A stretch of DNA of 64,000 nucleotides from NCBI GenBank assembly GCA_043803945.1, contig JAZDJN010000087.1:1-64000 (forward strand), read 5' to 3'. Below, one piece after another: positions 8,858 through 19,777 of this stretch. The notes below the pieces were generated by a model. It had not been told where the DNA came from, made no database searches, and worked only from the letters and a program-made list of their open reading frames with translations. The stretch's first letter is position 1. Each line of letters starts with the position of its first letter. This stretch comes from a bacterium. Its GTDB lineage: Bacteria; Bacteroidota; Ignavibacteria; UBA10030. The translations under genes were made by a program, and so were the position numbers.

Positions 8858-11806
8858 TTATAAGACCTTCACAACCACAACTGTCATATCGTCATGTGGT
8901 TTGGTCGAACCGACAAACTTCTCTACATCTGACAGCATTGCTTCCAATATTTCTTTTGCTGAACCGTTCGCTAGGTTCTGTATCTTTTGCTCCAGCCGTT
9001 CAAATCCATACAACTCCTTCTTTTCATTCATTGCTTCTACTATTCCATCCGTATAGAAGACCAGCAGATCATCCGGCTGAAGTTGAATCTTCATCTCGCT
9101 GTATTCTACCTGCTCTTTTACTCCTAATGGATACCGATTTCCATCTACTTTTAAAAAAGATGTTGTATTACCACGCTTGAGTATTGGTTGCGTCTGTCCG
9201 GCATTGGAGAGCGTCAACATCTTCTTATCGAGGTCAAGAACAGCGATGGAGAGAGCGGTGAAGGTATTCTTTGTCGTCTTCAGATACATCGGTGTGTTGA
9301 TGTTAGTGAGAATCTCTTTGGGAGATTTATTATTTCCAATTTCCCGATAGATCATTCCGCTTGTCATTACGGCAGTGATTGCTGCTTTCATGGCGTGGCC
9401 CGAGACATCGGCGATGGCAATGCCGAATTTTGTTTTTTCTTCATTCATCCAGAGATAGTCGAAGTAGTCGCCGCCCACTTCACTTGCGGGTATGCAGCGG
9501 CCTGAAATGTCGAATCCTTCAATCACTGGATCAGAGACCGGCATTAAACCCATTTGCATGTCGTGAGCAGCACGAAGCTCTTCAAGAAGACGCAGCTTCT
9601 CGGCCTCCTCTATGGAACGCCGACGCTCTTCTGCGACGCGACGATCGTCAGATATTCTCAGCACAGGAAACACAAGCATTGATAACAAAGTTGCCACGAT
9701 TGGCTCAGTAAGACTGAGATCATATGCCCATTCGTATGCAAGGATGTATCCTGTAAGAAAGATGATGAAAAACAAGAGTGCAGAAATTGGAAATGCTACA
9801 CGATTTGGATATTTCATGAAGATAAGGGCACAGATGACAATTACCAGAAAGATACTGAACGGAATCCATCCATTCAGGGGTATTATAAACGCATTATTCA
9901 GAATTCCTTTCATTATAAAATAATACTGGTCAAGACTATAGCGTGCATAGTATTGGTAACCCCAGGAAGCTTCTCCCTTATTGATATCTTGAATGGGTTC
10001 CGGATTTTGCCATTCTATGAATACAATTTTGGGTTGATACATTAAGCTTGAATTACGATAATAATTAGCTTCCAACTTGTCATACAGCAATATTTCATGA
10101 TTTACATGATAATTAATTGGTGCTAAGCCCTCACCATTTACTGGAATCCGAATATTAGAGACTGTTACATGGTTATCTTCATATCGAGGATGATAAAATG
10201 TTGTATCGTTGTTAATCCTAGCAAGGGAAGCAAATGCAATGTCGACCTTCGGTTCACCTGTCACTGTATGCCTGTATCCATAAGGACGATAGTAGCTTAC
10301 GTGGGTATCTTCACTCACCTGCAATGTGTTGGCATACCATGGGATATTATAATAATCTAGAACGGGGTGATCGATCCAAGGATCATCCGATCGCTTTTTC
10401 GGTTCCACAGAGAAAAGGACCGATCGATATCTGTTAAGTTTTTTCAGAAGGTTTATACCTATAGTATCTTCGAAATGCGGTGATCGATGATCAAATGCTA
10501 TGACAACTGCCCTTACTCCCTGCGCTTCAAACCATGGCACAAGTGTATCGCACACCGTTAGATATTGTTTCAAAGAATAACCTTCCAGCCTAACATTGTG
10601 GGTGAGTATCATACCAAATGATTTGCTCCAGATACTTTCTCTATCCGTCGGAAACCAGAATTTGATACTGCGTTCGCGTGAAAATAACGGTTCAAGTATG
10701 GAAGACTCACGCAGTAACGTAACAGATATCCATAGAATGGCAGCAAAAACACTATATCGTGTGAACCGTGATCTTAACAGTCGCTGTGTTTTGTTCCACA
10801 ATGGATATCTTTGAGCATACTGGGTCGCCGCCTGTATTATTTTAAATTCAATTTGTAACACTGTATAGGTCATCACAAGCAGCAGCCAAAAAATGAAACT
10901 CCCAAATTGAAACTGCCATAGTTGAATGGAAGTAATTAACAATCCTGATCGATAGTAGTTTGTTCCAGCCAGAGTAAGGAAGTTTAAATTGCGGGCGAGA
11001 AAACAGAGGAAAGCGATCAGTGTGACATACCAGAGAGTATTAAAGATTTTTCTTGATAATGATCCTTTGAACCTTCCCAAAAAGAAATATATGAGGAACA
11101 AGCCCAGAGCAATCGAAGGAAATAAATATTGAACTATGACAATGCTATCACGGAGTTTGACCAGATCCAATAAATATTTTATCCATAACCCTGCGAAGAG
11201 AAAAAGCAGGAAAGACTTTCTTAAATTACTACGCCATCGTTTTGAACGGGCCATTCTCAGAATAATCTTTCTGAGGTCCGGCATCTGCCAAAAGCAAATA
11301 ACCCATAAGCATAAAATGAGAATAGCCGGTACTGAATACCATTCTACGATGTTGAAATATTGACGTCGTATTGGAAAATAATAAGAGGCAACAACAAGAA
11401 GGAGAGAATACTCCAATATTGAGGTTACCACCATTCTTGTTGATCTTCGATCTTTAAATAAAGGAATCTCTAAAGAAGGTATAAGAGAAACTAGTAGCGG
11501 TGACACCATGATTGCAAAATGCCATACATGCAGTTGCACTGCCAGGAAACAAAGTAATACGAGTGCAAATGCCATAACAGGGGGAGCTTTAAGCTTACCG
11601 TGTGAAATATAGATGATGAGAAATCCTATATGTGCGAGAAGTAGTGCAGCACCGAAGAGCAGATTCACCAAGCCTCGATAGCCAGTCGCAGCCCAGATAA
11701 GCCATATCAGAAAGAGTAATGCTGAAGCAAGGCTTATTCTACGATAGAGAAGTAATTCGGCATTCTGTTTTTCATCTAAATATTCGATTCGTTCTATTTT
11801 ATTCAT
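8858..11806 (-). CDS. Membrane sensor PP2C/SpoIIE phosphatase (about 10 N-terminal TMs, CHASE2-like extracytoplasmic domain, 3 TMs, PP2C); type C copy
   Basis: VGGDYFD, IADVSGH, YTDGIVEA, HDDMTVV catalytic motifs; RBS AGGAGG. Confidence 0.9.
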   Translation of the reverse strand: MNKIERIEYLDEKQNAELLLYRRISLASALLFLIWLIWAATGYRGLVNLLFGAALLLAHIGFLIIYISHGKLKAPPVMAFALVLLCFLAVQLHVWHFAIMVSPLLVSLIPSLEIPLFKDRRSTRMVVTSILEYSLLLVVASYYFPIRRQYFNIVEWYSVPAILILCLWVICFWQMPDLRKIILRMARSKRWRSNLRKSFLLFLFAGLWIKYLLDLVKLRDSIVIVQYLFPSIALGLFLIYFFLGRFKGSLSRKIFNTLWYVTLIAFLCFLARNLNFLTLAGTNYYRSGLLITSIQLWQFQFGSFIFWLLLVMTYTVLQIEFKIIQAATQYAQRYPLWNKTQRLLRSRFTRYSVFAAILWISVTLLRESSILEPLFSRERSIKFWFPTDRESIWSKSFGMILTHNVRLEGYSLKQYLTVCDTLVPWFEAQGVRAVVIAFDHRSPHFEDTIGINLLKKLNRYRSVLFSVEPKKRSDDPWIDHPVLDYYNIPWYANTLQVSEDTHVSYYRPYGYRHTVTGEPKVDIAFASLARINNDTTFYHPRYEDNHVTVSNIRIPVNGEGLAPINYHVNHEILLYDKLEANYYRNSSLMYQPKIVFIEWQNPEPIQDINKGEASWGYQYYARYSLDQYYFIMKGILNNAFIIPLNGWIPFSIFLVIVICALIFMKYPNRVAFPISALLFFIIFLTGYILAYEWAYDLSLTEPIVATLLSMLVFPVLRISDDRRVAEERRRSIEEAEKLRLLEELRAAHDMQMGLMPVSDPVIEGFDISGRCIPASEVGGDYFDYLWMNEEKTKFGIAIADVSGHAMKAAITAVMTSGMIYREIGNNKSPKEILTNINTPMYLKTTKNTFTALSIAVLDLDKKMLTLSNAGQTQPILKRGNTTSFLKVDGNRYPLGVKEQVEYSEMKIQLQPDDLLVFYTDGIVEAMNEKKELYGFERLEQKIQNLANGSAKEILEAMLSDVEKFVGSTKPHDDMTVVVVKVL

Positions 11807-11889
11807 GATGTACCTCCTATACGATCAACTTTTTATAGTCCGCTTTCACAGCTTGGTAATATTCGTACTTCTCCGAAACAGAACTTCAA

Positions 11890-12050
11890 CATCAGCGTTA
11901 CGAAACGGAGCTTCGTGACGATGGCAATTCCCATTCAATCTCTCTCACTCTATCGATATTTTGATCATTGGTCCCTCCCCCATTGATTGGAGAGGGATAT
12001 AGGGTGAGGGCAAAAGACAATTCCGAAACCATCTCCCTCTCCCGTCTACC
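11890..12050. repeat. Intergenic direct repeat copy 1 (~160 bp; REP-like hairpins)
   Basis: Near-identical to 16929..17091 (offset ~5040 bp); contains GCGTTACGAAACGGAGCTTCGTGACG and a CCCTCxCCC..GGGAGAGGG..GGGTGAGGG hairpin. Confidence 0.9.
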
Positions 12051-12107
12051 TTCTACCGCTAGAGAATCTTCACTACGATCCGCCTGCGGCGAGATCTTCG
12101 TTCGGGT

Positions 12108-14231
12108 TTACTGAACCCTCACGACGACTACCGTCATATCATCATGCTGCTTGGCAGTTCCTGCAAATCGATTCGCTTCCGCGATCATCGCTTCACTTAT
12201 CTCTTTCGCACTCATTGTTTGTGGGAGATTCTTCACGACCTCTTCCATCTTCTCAAATCCCCAAAACTCATCTTTGTTATTCTTCGCCTCAATAATGCCA
12301 TCCGTAAATAATACCAGCACATCGCCCGGATGCAACTGACATGATACTTCATTGTATGCCACCTCTTCCTGCACTCCCAAGGGCAATCTGGGACCTTCCA
12401 CCTTAATGTACTCTATCACCCCGTCCCGGCGAAGTAATGGTCTCATCTGTCCGGCATTCGAGAATGTGAGGTTCTTCGTCTTGAGATCAATAACTGCAAA
12501 TGACAATGCCGTGAACACATTACGGTCGGTTTTGAGATACATAGGTCGGTTGATTTTGCGAAGGATTGTTCGAGGACTTTCATTGGAGCTGATTTCATTA
12601 TAGACCAGGCCGCTGGTCATCACGGCTGTGATGGCAGCTTTCATTGCTTTGCCGGAAACATCAACAACAGCTATACCAAGCTTATTCTTTTCTTCATCGA
12701 GCCAGACATAGTCGTAGTAATCGCCGCCGACTTCATTAGCCGGATAGCAGACTCCGGAGATATCGTAACCAGGAATTACCGGATCTGCCTTTGGCATAAG
12801 TCCCATCTGCATATCGTGCGCGGCACGCAATTCAGCTTTGAGATAAGCACGATCTTCAATGAGCCGAAAACGTTCTAACACCAGTTCGTACGGTAAATAG
12901 AACAGGAGTGACGCAATAAATGAGGCGCCGATCGGATAAGAATTAACAAGGATACTTCCATAGACGAAGAGAGCAATACAACACAATCCTGATATTACCA
13001 GAATTAAGAAGGATCCACCGAATGCAGCCCAAGGTGAGAATCGCTTGAATAACTCGTATGCGATAATTATGAACACGAACGCGATAATTGGATAGAGGCG
13101 AGAGTGTGCTTCGCTCAGGAATTCCTGATCGAGAATATTCTGAATAATGGTGGCATAAGCAGTGGCATATTTATAATCTGTAGAATTGTTAAATAGGACA
13201 ATAACAAATTTACCATTGAGCATTTGAATGGATTTGATTGTATCAAGCGGTACATACCTTGGACCATTAGGATGAGTTGTTACAAATACATAATTGATGA
13301 TTTGTGATTTATCTTCATCATACTTAGCAATCGACCATCTTCGATGAGTCTTGTTACTTGAGGTTTGTTCATCGCTATTGCTTAACTCGTACTGTAGATT
13401 ATAAGATAGTTGTTCACTATACCATGGTTCACCTTGATTATACCAAATAGTTGAAAATGGACTCATCCAAGTCTTGGAAGAATAATAGTTGATATTCATC
13501 GATTGCCAATACTTTTTATCATTCACTGGAATATTTCCGATCAAGGAATCAGCATTATTCATACCAAGTTGAATCATCTTTAATCCGAAGTCTTCAGGCT
13601 GAATGGGTAACGCTGTCAATTCTGGATATTCACTTTTCGTTGAATGATAATACATTGGCAATAGTTCAGAATTGTATCCTTTCAAATACCTTGAGGTTAG
13701 TGTTGTCTGTGCTCGAAACCTTCTATTCCACAGAGAGTCAGTCTGATGTTCAGTCCGATTATCTATGCGATAGCGATCATGATAATATACGAGTGCAGAA
13801 TTTCTGACAACGCTTTGGATTTTAAGGTCTGAATTAATACCGTAATCATATAATGGGCTAAGTATTCCTATCACAAGTGGTTTCGAGCGATCAAGCATAT
13901 CAAGTATACTAATGATTTTATTTTCGACTGGTTTTCCTAGTATTTCGACAATAACCACTTGTGGATTTTTTGGTCGATGATCACCGCGCAGTGTTATTAG
14001 CCACTTGAACCAGTATTGTTGAATCGTGTTCTCGAGTCCTGCTGGGAATGCAAGGAAAAGAATGAATATCATTCCAGTCGTGAGTGCATAATAGCTGCTT
14101 CGGTTCAGTGATGGAGATCTCGTCCTACTTTTCAATTGAATGAGAAGCAGAACGATTCCTGTTGTTATCATTGCGATAATAAGAAGAACATAAATCCCCA
14201 TTTCTGTGTCGATTAAATATTTCCCTAACAT
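12108..14231 (-). CDS. Membrane sensor PP2C/SpoIIE phosphatase, CHASE2-like; type A copy
   Basis: 2 TMs, extracytoplasmic domain (PQVVIVEI...ATIIQNILD), 3 TMs, PP2C motifs VGGDYYD/VDVSGK/FTDG/DDMT. Confidence 0.9.
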   Translation of the reverse strand: MLGKYLIDTEMGIYVLLIIAMITTGIVLLLIQLKSRTRSPSLNRSSYYALTTGMIFILFLAFPAGLENTIQQYWFKWLITLRGDHRPKNPQVVIVEILGKPVENKIISILDMLDRSKPLVIGILSPLYDYGINSDLKIQSVVRNSALVYYHDRYRIDNRTEHQTDSLWNRRFRAQTTLTSRYLKGYNSELLPMYYHSTKSEYPELTALPIQPEDFGLKMIQLGMNNADSLIGNIPVNDKKYWQSMNINYYSSKTWMSPFSTIWYNQGEPWYSEQLSYNLQYELSNSDEQTSSNKTHRRWSIAKYDEDKSQIINYVFVTTHPNGPRYVPLDTIKSIQMLNGKFVIVLFNNSTDYKYATAYATIIQNILDQEFLSEAHSRLYPIIAFVFIIIAYELFKRFSPWAAFGGSFLILVISGLCCIALFVYGSILVNSYPIGASFIASLLFYLPYELVLERFRLIEDRAYLKAELRAAHDMQMGLMPKADPVIPGYDISGVCYPANEVGGDYYDYVWLDEEKNKLGIAVVDVSGKAMKAAITAVMTSGLVYNEISSNESPRTILRKINRPMYLKTDRNVFTALSFAVIDLKTKNLTFSNAGQMRPLLRRDGVIEYIKVEGPRLPLGVQEEVAYNEVSCQLHPGDVLVLFTDGIIEAKNNKDEFWGFEKMEEVVKNLPQTMSAKEISEAMIAEANRFAGTAKQHDDMTVVVVRVQ

Positions 14232-14314
14232 GACTTTGAATCCTCATCTTAAGTTAAATATAACAGTTACATTTCAAGTTCGACAAATTGATAAGCACTG
14301 TTCTCTCGCTCTTT

Positions 14315-14344
14315 AGCATTACGAAATAGAGTTTCGTAACGAGA
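14315..14344. repeat. REP-like hairpin (third copy of GCATTACGAAAxxGAGxxTCGTAACGAG)
   Basis: Same palindrome as at ~11893 and ~16932. Confidence 0.75.
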
Positions 14345-14364
14345 GCAAGTAATGAGTCAATTCT

Positions 14365-16725
14365 TCAATTTACTTTCACCACCACTACAGTCATATCATC
14401 ATGCTGGTGAGCCGAACCAGCAAACTGTGTCACTTCCGCTAAGATTGCATCAACTATCTGCTTAGCTGTCATGGATAAATCAAGTTTCCGAGCACTTGCC
14501 TCCATCCTCTCAAATCCCCAGAATTCTCGCTTCTCATTCTTCGCTTCCACAATACCGTCGGTAAGGAATACAATCACATCACCAGATACTAATTTCACCG
14601 TGGTCTCTCCGTATTCCACAATCTCCTGCACTCCGAGCGGCAATCGAGGACCTTCCACCTTAATCGATTGGATTTCTGAGCCTCGCCGCAGCAACGGACT
14701 TATTTGGCCGGCGTTTGAATACGATAGAGTGTTCTCATGAATATCAATCACACCAAAGGACATAGCGGTAAACATCCGGCGGTCGGTCTTGAGATAGAGC
14801 GGCCGGTTGATGTGCATAAGAATAGTACGCGGTGAATCCTGACCGCTGATTTCCCGATAGACCATGCCGCTCGTCATCACCGCAGTGATGGCAGCCTTCA
14901 TCGCTTTTCCCGATACATCGGCTATTGCAATGCCGATTTTTGTTTTTTCGTCGTTCAGCCAGAGGTAATCGAAGTAATCCCCTCCTACTTCGTAGGCAGG
15001 GCGGCATACGCCCGAAATATCATATCCGGGTACGACTGGATCGTGTGTAGGCATCAATCCCATTTGCATATCATGAGCGGTTTTAAGCTCTTCCTGTAAT
15101 CTTTGCTTTTCAATTCTTTCTTGCATCTTCCGATCATGGGCAAGAAGGACAAAGGAAAAAGCAAAGAGACCAAGCATTGTGGCTAATATCGGAGGTAAAG
15201 GCTCAACGATGATAAAATAACTCGCGACAAGCCAATAATAGAAATACCACTGCATGAATATGAAAAGGATGATTGCGACAACACGTCGAACCGTATTAAG
15301 AAAGAGAATACACAGGAGTGTCATAGTGATTGCTGCAATGGTAATGTAAGGCGTCCACCTATCCAGCGGCCACATCTGTTGATTCTCAAGTATATTGTGG
15401 ATAATGGTCGCATAAACTCCAGTAAAATTATTAATCTTTGTAAGATACATCGCGGGAGGCTGGATGATGACAATTTTTCCACTGTAGGTGGTCCACGGTG
15501 CCTGAGAGAATTTGTCCGACAACAACACGCCCTGCTTGGTATAGGTAATTGAATCAGAGACCTCGTTGATATGTGCAAACAGCTCATCAGCATATGAGAT
15601 AAAGATCCGGGGATTAATGAAAGTACTCTGATCCTTCATCAGTCCTGTTTTGTACCCAGGCATGATAAATGCATTGCCCTGGATTGAGAGTTCAGAGTTA
15701 TCAGAATATCCCCTATACAGACGAACCGCCTGGACAGACACATCAGGCACGAGCTCTTCTGATTCGTTTTCCCAATATGAGAGAGGATAATACCTGTCCG
15801 GATAATACCATATTCTTGCTGCAGCACTGATCACGCCATACGTTATTGGAGTAGTACGTTTAACCGGGCGGTCAATTGAAAAAGGAGTAGGCAGACTTCT
15901 ATCCTTTGCAGGTATTGCAAACACAACATTGCCATGTCGTGCAATCGCTGTGATTGCTTCATCACGAAGATAATCCGTCTCTCCAATACCTTCGGGCAGT
16001 GGAACGATGATAACCTTGACCCCGGCACTGGTGAGTGTCGTCGTTATCTTTGCCATGGCTTCGAGGTAACTGGAGTGACTCAATCCCAGCGTATTGATTG
16101 AGAGCACGCGTACAATGTCACTTTCATCCCAGGATACTCTGGCCATCCGGATTCGTACCTGCATTGAATAATTCCAATCGCTTCCTCTGAAAAGCAGAGT
16201 AATGAGGAAAATGATCATACCCGTGATACTGAGCTTAAGGATTAATCCTATTGACCTGATCCTTCTCCTGTCATATCCAGGCACGTTTTCCCTCGTTTGA
16301 CGCATTCTTTCAGCAATGGTGTACAATACATAGAGCACTCCTGCCATAAGGGTATAGGAGAGAAGAAATGGATAGAGATCGAATCCCATAAAACTTATTG
16401 CGGCATACACCATCTGATTTGCTTTTGCGCCGAGGAGCAGGGAAAAGAAATAGAGGGATAGAGCTATCAATTTGAAATTTCTATCACACCAGTGGCGCTG
16501 AGCGGTTGTCAGAATGGTTCGAACGAATATTGCAATCGCACCAGCAACAACAATGCCGATCATCCACGAAACACCGAAATGAGTTAGATATTCGTACCAA
16601 TTTCGGACCGGTGAATAGCGGCCAATGATACCAGACATTGGAATATAATTGCCGGTGCCGAACCAGAGCACTCCCAGTATCGTTATGATGATAAAGAAGG
16701 ATGCCGTGTATAGAATGCGTTTCAT
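14365..16725 (-). CDS. Membrane sensor PP2C/SpoIIE phosphatase; type B copy (start moved to MKRILY)
   Basis: RBS AGGAAAGGA before ATG at 16725; full-length paralog of 19778..22159; intact PP2C motifs. Confidence 0.9.
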   Translation of the reverse strand: MKRILYTASFFIIITILGVLWFGTGNYIPMSGIIGRYSPVRNWYEYLTHFGVSWMIGIVVAGAIAIFVRTILTTAQRHWCDRNFKLIALSLYFFSLLLGAKANQMVYAAISFMGFDLYPFLLSYTLMAGVLYVLYTIAERMRQTRENVPGYDRRRIRSIGLILKLSITGMIIFLITLLFRGSDWNYSMQVRIRMARVSWDESDIVRVLSINTLGLSHSSYLEAMAKITTTLTSAGVKVIIVPLPEGIGETDYLRDEAITAIARHGNVVFAIPAKDRSLPTPFSIDRPVKRTTPITYGVISAAARIWYYPDRYYPLSYWENESEELVPDVSVQAVRLYRGYSDNSELSIQGNAFIMPGYKTGLMKDQSTFINPRIFISYADELFAHINEVSDSITYTKQGVLLSDKFSQAPWTTYSGKIVIIQPPAMYLTKINNFTGVYATIIHNILENQQMWPLDRWTPYITIAAITMTLLCILFLNTVRRVVAIILFIFMQWYFYYWLVASYFIIVEPLPPILATMLGLFAFSFVLLAHDRKMQERIEKQRLQEELKTAHDMQMGLMPTHDPVVPGYDISGVCRPAYEVGGDYFDYLWLNDEKTKIGIAIADVSGKAMKAAITAVMTSGMVYREISGQDSPRTILMHINRPLYLKTDRRMFTAMSFGVIDIHENTLSYSNAGQISPLLRRGSEIQSIKVEGPRLPLGVQEIVEYGETTVKLVSGDVIVFLTDGIVEAKNEKREFWGFERMEASARKLDLSMTAKQIVDAILAEVTQFAGSAHQHDDMTVVVVKVN

Positions 16726-16766
16726 TGTGATTTCCTTTCCTATGTTAATATCTTTTGTCCTCTGCT

Positions 16767-16823
16767 GAATGATACACCAAATCTGCTCAGGAGTTGTCTC
16801 CATATTGTAAACGTTATGTCATT
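16767..16823 (-). promoter_or_regulatory. Putative promoter with three 11-bp-phased direct repeats (OmpR/PhoB-type site) and a TATCAT -10 box
   Basis: + strand TGTCTCC (16795), TGTAAAC (16806), TGTCATT (16817); GAATGATACA box at the same spacing as in 22199..22255. Confidence 0.65.
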
Positions 16824-16928
16824 CTTTCACTTTCGCTTCGTTTCACTTCTCTACAGTAGGGCGTTGTTCTGAAAGTTCTTCTTTTAGCAGCATGAATAGA
16901 CTCTCTACTCTTTGATGCAGAGCTTTTG

Positions 16929-17091
16929 CATCAGCATTACGAAACAGAGTATCGTAACGAGAATATTCTTATTGTTAATCTCCCTCACCCTATCTTTATT
17001 TTGATCATTAGTCCCTCTCCCATTGATGGGAGAGGGATATAGGGTGAGGGCAAAAGACAATTCCTAAACCATCTCTCCTCTACCGTCTACC
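16929..17091. repeat. Intergenic direct repeat copy 2
   Basis: Near-identical to 11890..12050; both copies lie downstream of a type A phosphatase. Confidence 0.9.
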
Positions 17092-17093
17092 AC

Positions 17094-19520
17094 TCATAAG
17101 ACTTTCACCACTACGACTGTCATATCATCATGCTGCCTGGCAGTTCCCGCAAAGCGATTCGCCTCAGCTATTAATGCTTCGCTCATTTCCTTCGCACTCA
17201 TTGTCGAAGGGAGATTCTTCACTACCTCTTCCATCTTCTCAAATCCCCAGAATTCATCTTTGCTATTCTTCGCCTCAATGATGCCATCTGTGAATAGCAC
17301 CAGTACATCATCCGATTGTAGCTGACAAGAAACTTCGTTGTATTCCACTTCTGCCTGCACTCCCAGTGGTAAGCGCGGACCTTCGACCTTGATATACTCG
17401 ATCATTCCGCCCCGACGCAGCAATGGAACCATCTGGCCCGCATTTGAAAATATGAGTCCCTTCGACTTGAGATCAATCACGGCAAATGACAATGCCGTAA
17501 AGACATTCCGGTCGGTTTTGAGATACATTGGACGGTTAATCTTGCGGAGAATTGTTCTCGGGCTCTCATACGAATTGATTTCATTATACACCATACCGCT
17601 GGTCATAACTGCGGTGATGGCGGCCTTCATCGCTTTGCCAGAGACATCGACGACAGCTATGCCGAGCATATTTTTATCTTCATCGAGCCAAACATAGTCG
17701 TAGTAATCGCCGCCGACTTCGTTGGCCGGATAGCAGACTCCGGAGATATTGTATCCAGGTATCTTCGGATCTTCTTCTGGCATAAGTCCCATTTGCATAT
17801 CGTGGGCGGCTTTTAATTCAGAAGCATAGCGCAAGCGTTCTTCCAACACCCTGCGATAATTTCTAAGAACTTCATATGGCAAATAGAACATCATCGAACA
17901 AAGAATAGCAATTGCAAGATGACCTGGATTATACAAAACGTTAAACGCATAGTAGAGAATGATGATAGCTATGGCAGTGCCAAAAAGTATTACGATAGAT
18001 GCAAGAAAAGCAGTCCAATGGTTACGCTTGAGATACAGTACAAGAATTAGAAGTACTATAATGAATGCCACTAGGTAATAGATAATGGTTGAAGGTTCAT
18101 AGAGGAAATTGTTATCAATGATACTTTGAATGATGGAGGTATAGGTATATGCCAGTTGATGGTCACCGACACTCACGAGTAGAATTTTTCCTTCAACACC
18201 AGGCAGATCATTCTGATTTTTTATCCATTTTCCTTGTTCATTTTTGGTAAGCAGGCACTCGCTATTGAAATCTACTTCTCTGATACTACTCCAATCTAAT
18301 TTGTGTACTATTTGAGGGGTCGTGATAGAAGTAGGCCAGCGGTATCCAGTAGAAGAATATCGATATGTTGTGAAGAAATGTTCTAGGTCGCTGTAGATTC
18401 TTGGATTTAACAAATGATTAATGACCATTCTCTCATTCGTGCTCTCTGAATATTTTTGGAGCCATCTGACCTTATTCTGAGCAATTGAATCGAACATGGT
18501 TATGCTTTGTCTATATCTTAAATGCAGAGCATAGACTTTGATCCCAAAATCAATATTTTCAATGATACTAGTTCTAACTATTTTTAGATAGAGTGGCAGG
18601 AAGCCGGAATGATGTAAATAACTTCGCTCAAGGTAATGGCTATAACCTTCAACCAACGAGACCGCCTGAGAAATATTGCTAGTCTTGTTATCCACTCTTT
18701 CTAAATCTTGAATTGCTCTAGTATCCAGAAAATTTATTTTTGTTTTGGGGATTTTATTTTGAAATTCAAGCATATACTTCACTAATTCCTCACTGTTATA
18801 TGGCAATTCAGAACAGATACCGATTACACTCGGATGGTATTTGCTAAATATTGAGAGTAAAGTCAGAAGTTCCTTTTTATCAGGCCAATCATCTAATTGA
18901 AGATATGTTATCTGAGGGTCCTTAATACGCTTCAGGGATTTGTTCTTAAGAAGTATTTTGTATGTATTCTCATAAATGTCATCATAGATATTTCTGTAAC
19001 CATTTCTCCACGTTCGATCAGTATTCAATAATATTAGTAACGCAATTAACAGGCAGGTCGAGAAGATATAAAAAAACGTACGACCAAGATAACTTGAATA
19101 ACCCATTTGAATTTTATTCAAGACATAATAAAGAAATCCGATAGAAGCTGATATGAATGTTAGGAATACATTATTACGCAAATCATAAAATATTCTGTAC
19201 CATGCACCGTGAAAGTGATATGTGTCGATGCTGAAAACAGAATACAATACTATTCCACTAAGAATAAAATAACCAAGCAGCGAGCTATCCTCGAATGTAT
19301 TTAATCTCTCTTTTGTCGATGGTTTCTGCGATAAACGCTTTTCTATTTCCTGTAATAATGAAATTATTGCGATCGCTAATAGGAAGTAGATCGCAGTGAA
19401 AAGTAGTCTGATATTGCTGTCGGCGCCCAATCCAAATTGCAGTGCAGATAGCACCATAGCTGCAAGGTACCCAAACAATGGGATGAGCATGAAAAGAGTA
19501 ATCCATTTTTTAGTGTTCAT
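17094..19520 (-). CDS. Membrane sensor PP2C/SpoIIE phosphatase; type A copy (start moved to MNTKKW)
   Basis: RBS GGAGGG before ATG 19520; PP2C domain nearly identical to 12108..14231, sensor region AT-rich and divergent. Confidence 0.9.
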   Translation of the reverse strand: MNTKKWITLFMLIPLFGYLAAMVLSALQFGLGADSNIRLLFTAIYFLLAIAIISLLQEIEKRLSQKPSTKERLNTFEDSSLLGYFILSGIVLYSVFSIDTYHFHGAWYRIFYDLRNNVFLTFISASIGFLYYVLNKIQMGYSSYLGRTFFYIFSTCLLIALLILLNTDRTWRNGYRNIYDDIYENTYKILLKNKSLKRIKDPQITYLQLDDWPDKKELLTLLSIFSKYHPSVIGICSELPYNSEELVKYMLEFQNKIPKTKINFLDTRAIQDLERVDNKTSNISQAVSLVEGYSHYLERSYLHHSGFLPLYLKIVRTSIIENIDFGIKVYALHLRYRQSITMFDSIAQNKVRWLQKYSESTNERMVINHLLNPRIYSDLEHFFTTYRYSSTGYRWPTSITTPQIVHKLDWSSIREVDFNSECLLTKNEQGKWIKNQNDLPGVEGKILLVSVGDHQLAYTYTSIIQSIIDNNFLYEPSTIIYYLVAFIIVLLILVLYLKRNHWTAFLASIVILFGTAIAIIILYYAFNVLYNPGHLAIAILCSMMFYLPYEVLRNYRRVLEERLRYASELKAAHDMQMGLMPEEDPKIPGYNISGVCYPANEVGGDYYDYVWLDEDKNMLGIAVVDVSGKAMKAAITAVMTSGMVYNEINSYESPRTILRKINRPMYLKTDRNVFTALSFAVIDLKSKGLIFSNAGQMVPLLRRGGMIEYIKVEGPRLPLGVQAEVEYNEVSCQLQSDDVLVLFTDGIIEAKNSKDEFWGFEKMEEVVKNLPSTMSAKEMSEALIAEANRFAGTARQHDDMTVVVVKVL

Positions 19521-19702
19521 GTTAGTACCCTCCGCAATAATTATTTGCTTCAACTAATCACAATTCTTCATGTGATTTTTATTTCCATTTATTCCTTTCC
19601 CCTCGGCGAGACGCCTTCGGGCTAGTGGTTTTCATCTCTTCTTTTCCGTCTCCCTTCTCCCTTCTAACTTCTACCGCTTAGAGAACTCTCGCTACCACCA
19701 CC

Positions 19703-19765
19703 GTCACCCTTCGACTCACCTTCGACTCGGGACTCCATGCCTCGTTCAGGTTCGCTCAGGGTGAC
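19703..19765. repeat. REP-like palindrome GTCACCCTTCGAC...GCTCAGGGTGAC
   Basis: Terminal inverted GTCACCCT/AGGGTGAC with internal CTTCGACTC duplicates. Confidence 0.7.
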
Positions 19766-19777
19766 CATTATACCGTG

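Noticed and set aside
14275-14285. CAAGTTCGACA match to the IS1634 TIR
   Set aside because: Only 11 bp, with no partner end or transposase remnant; plausibly chance
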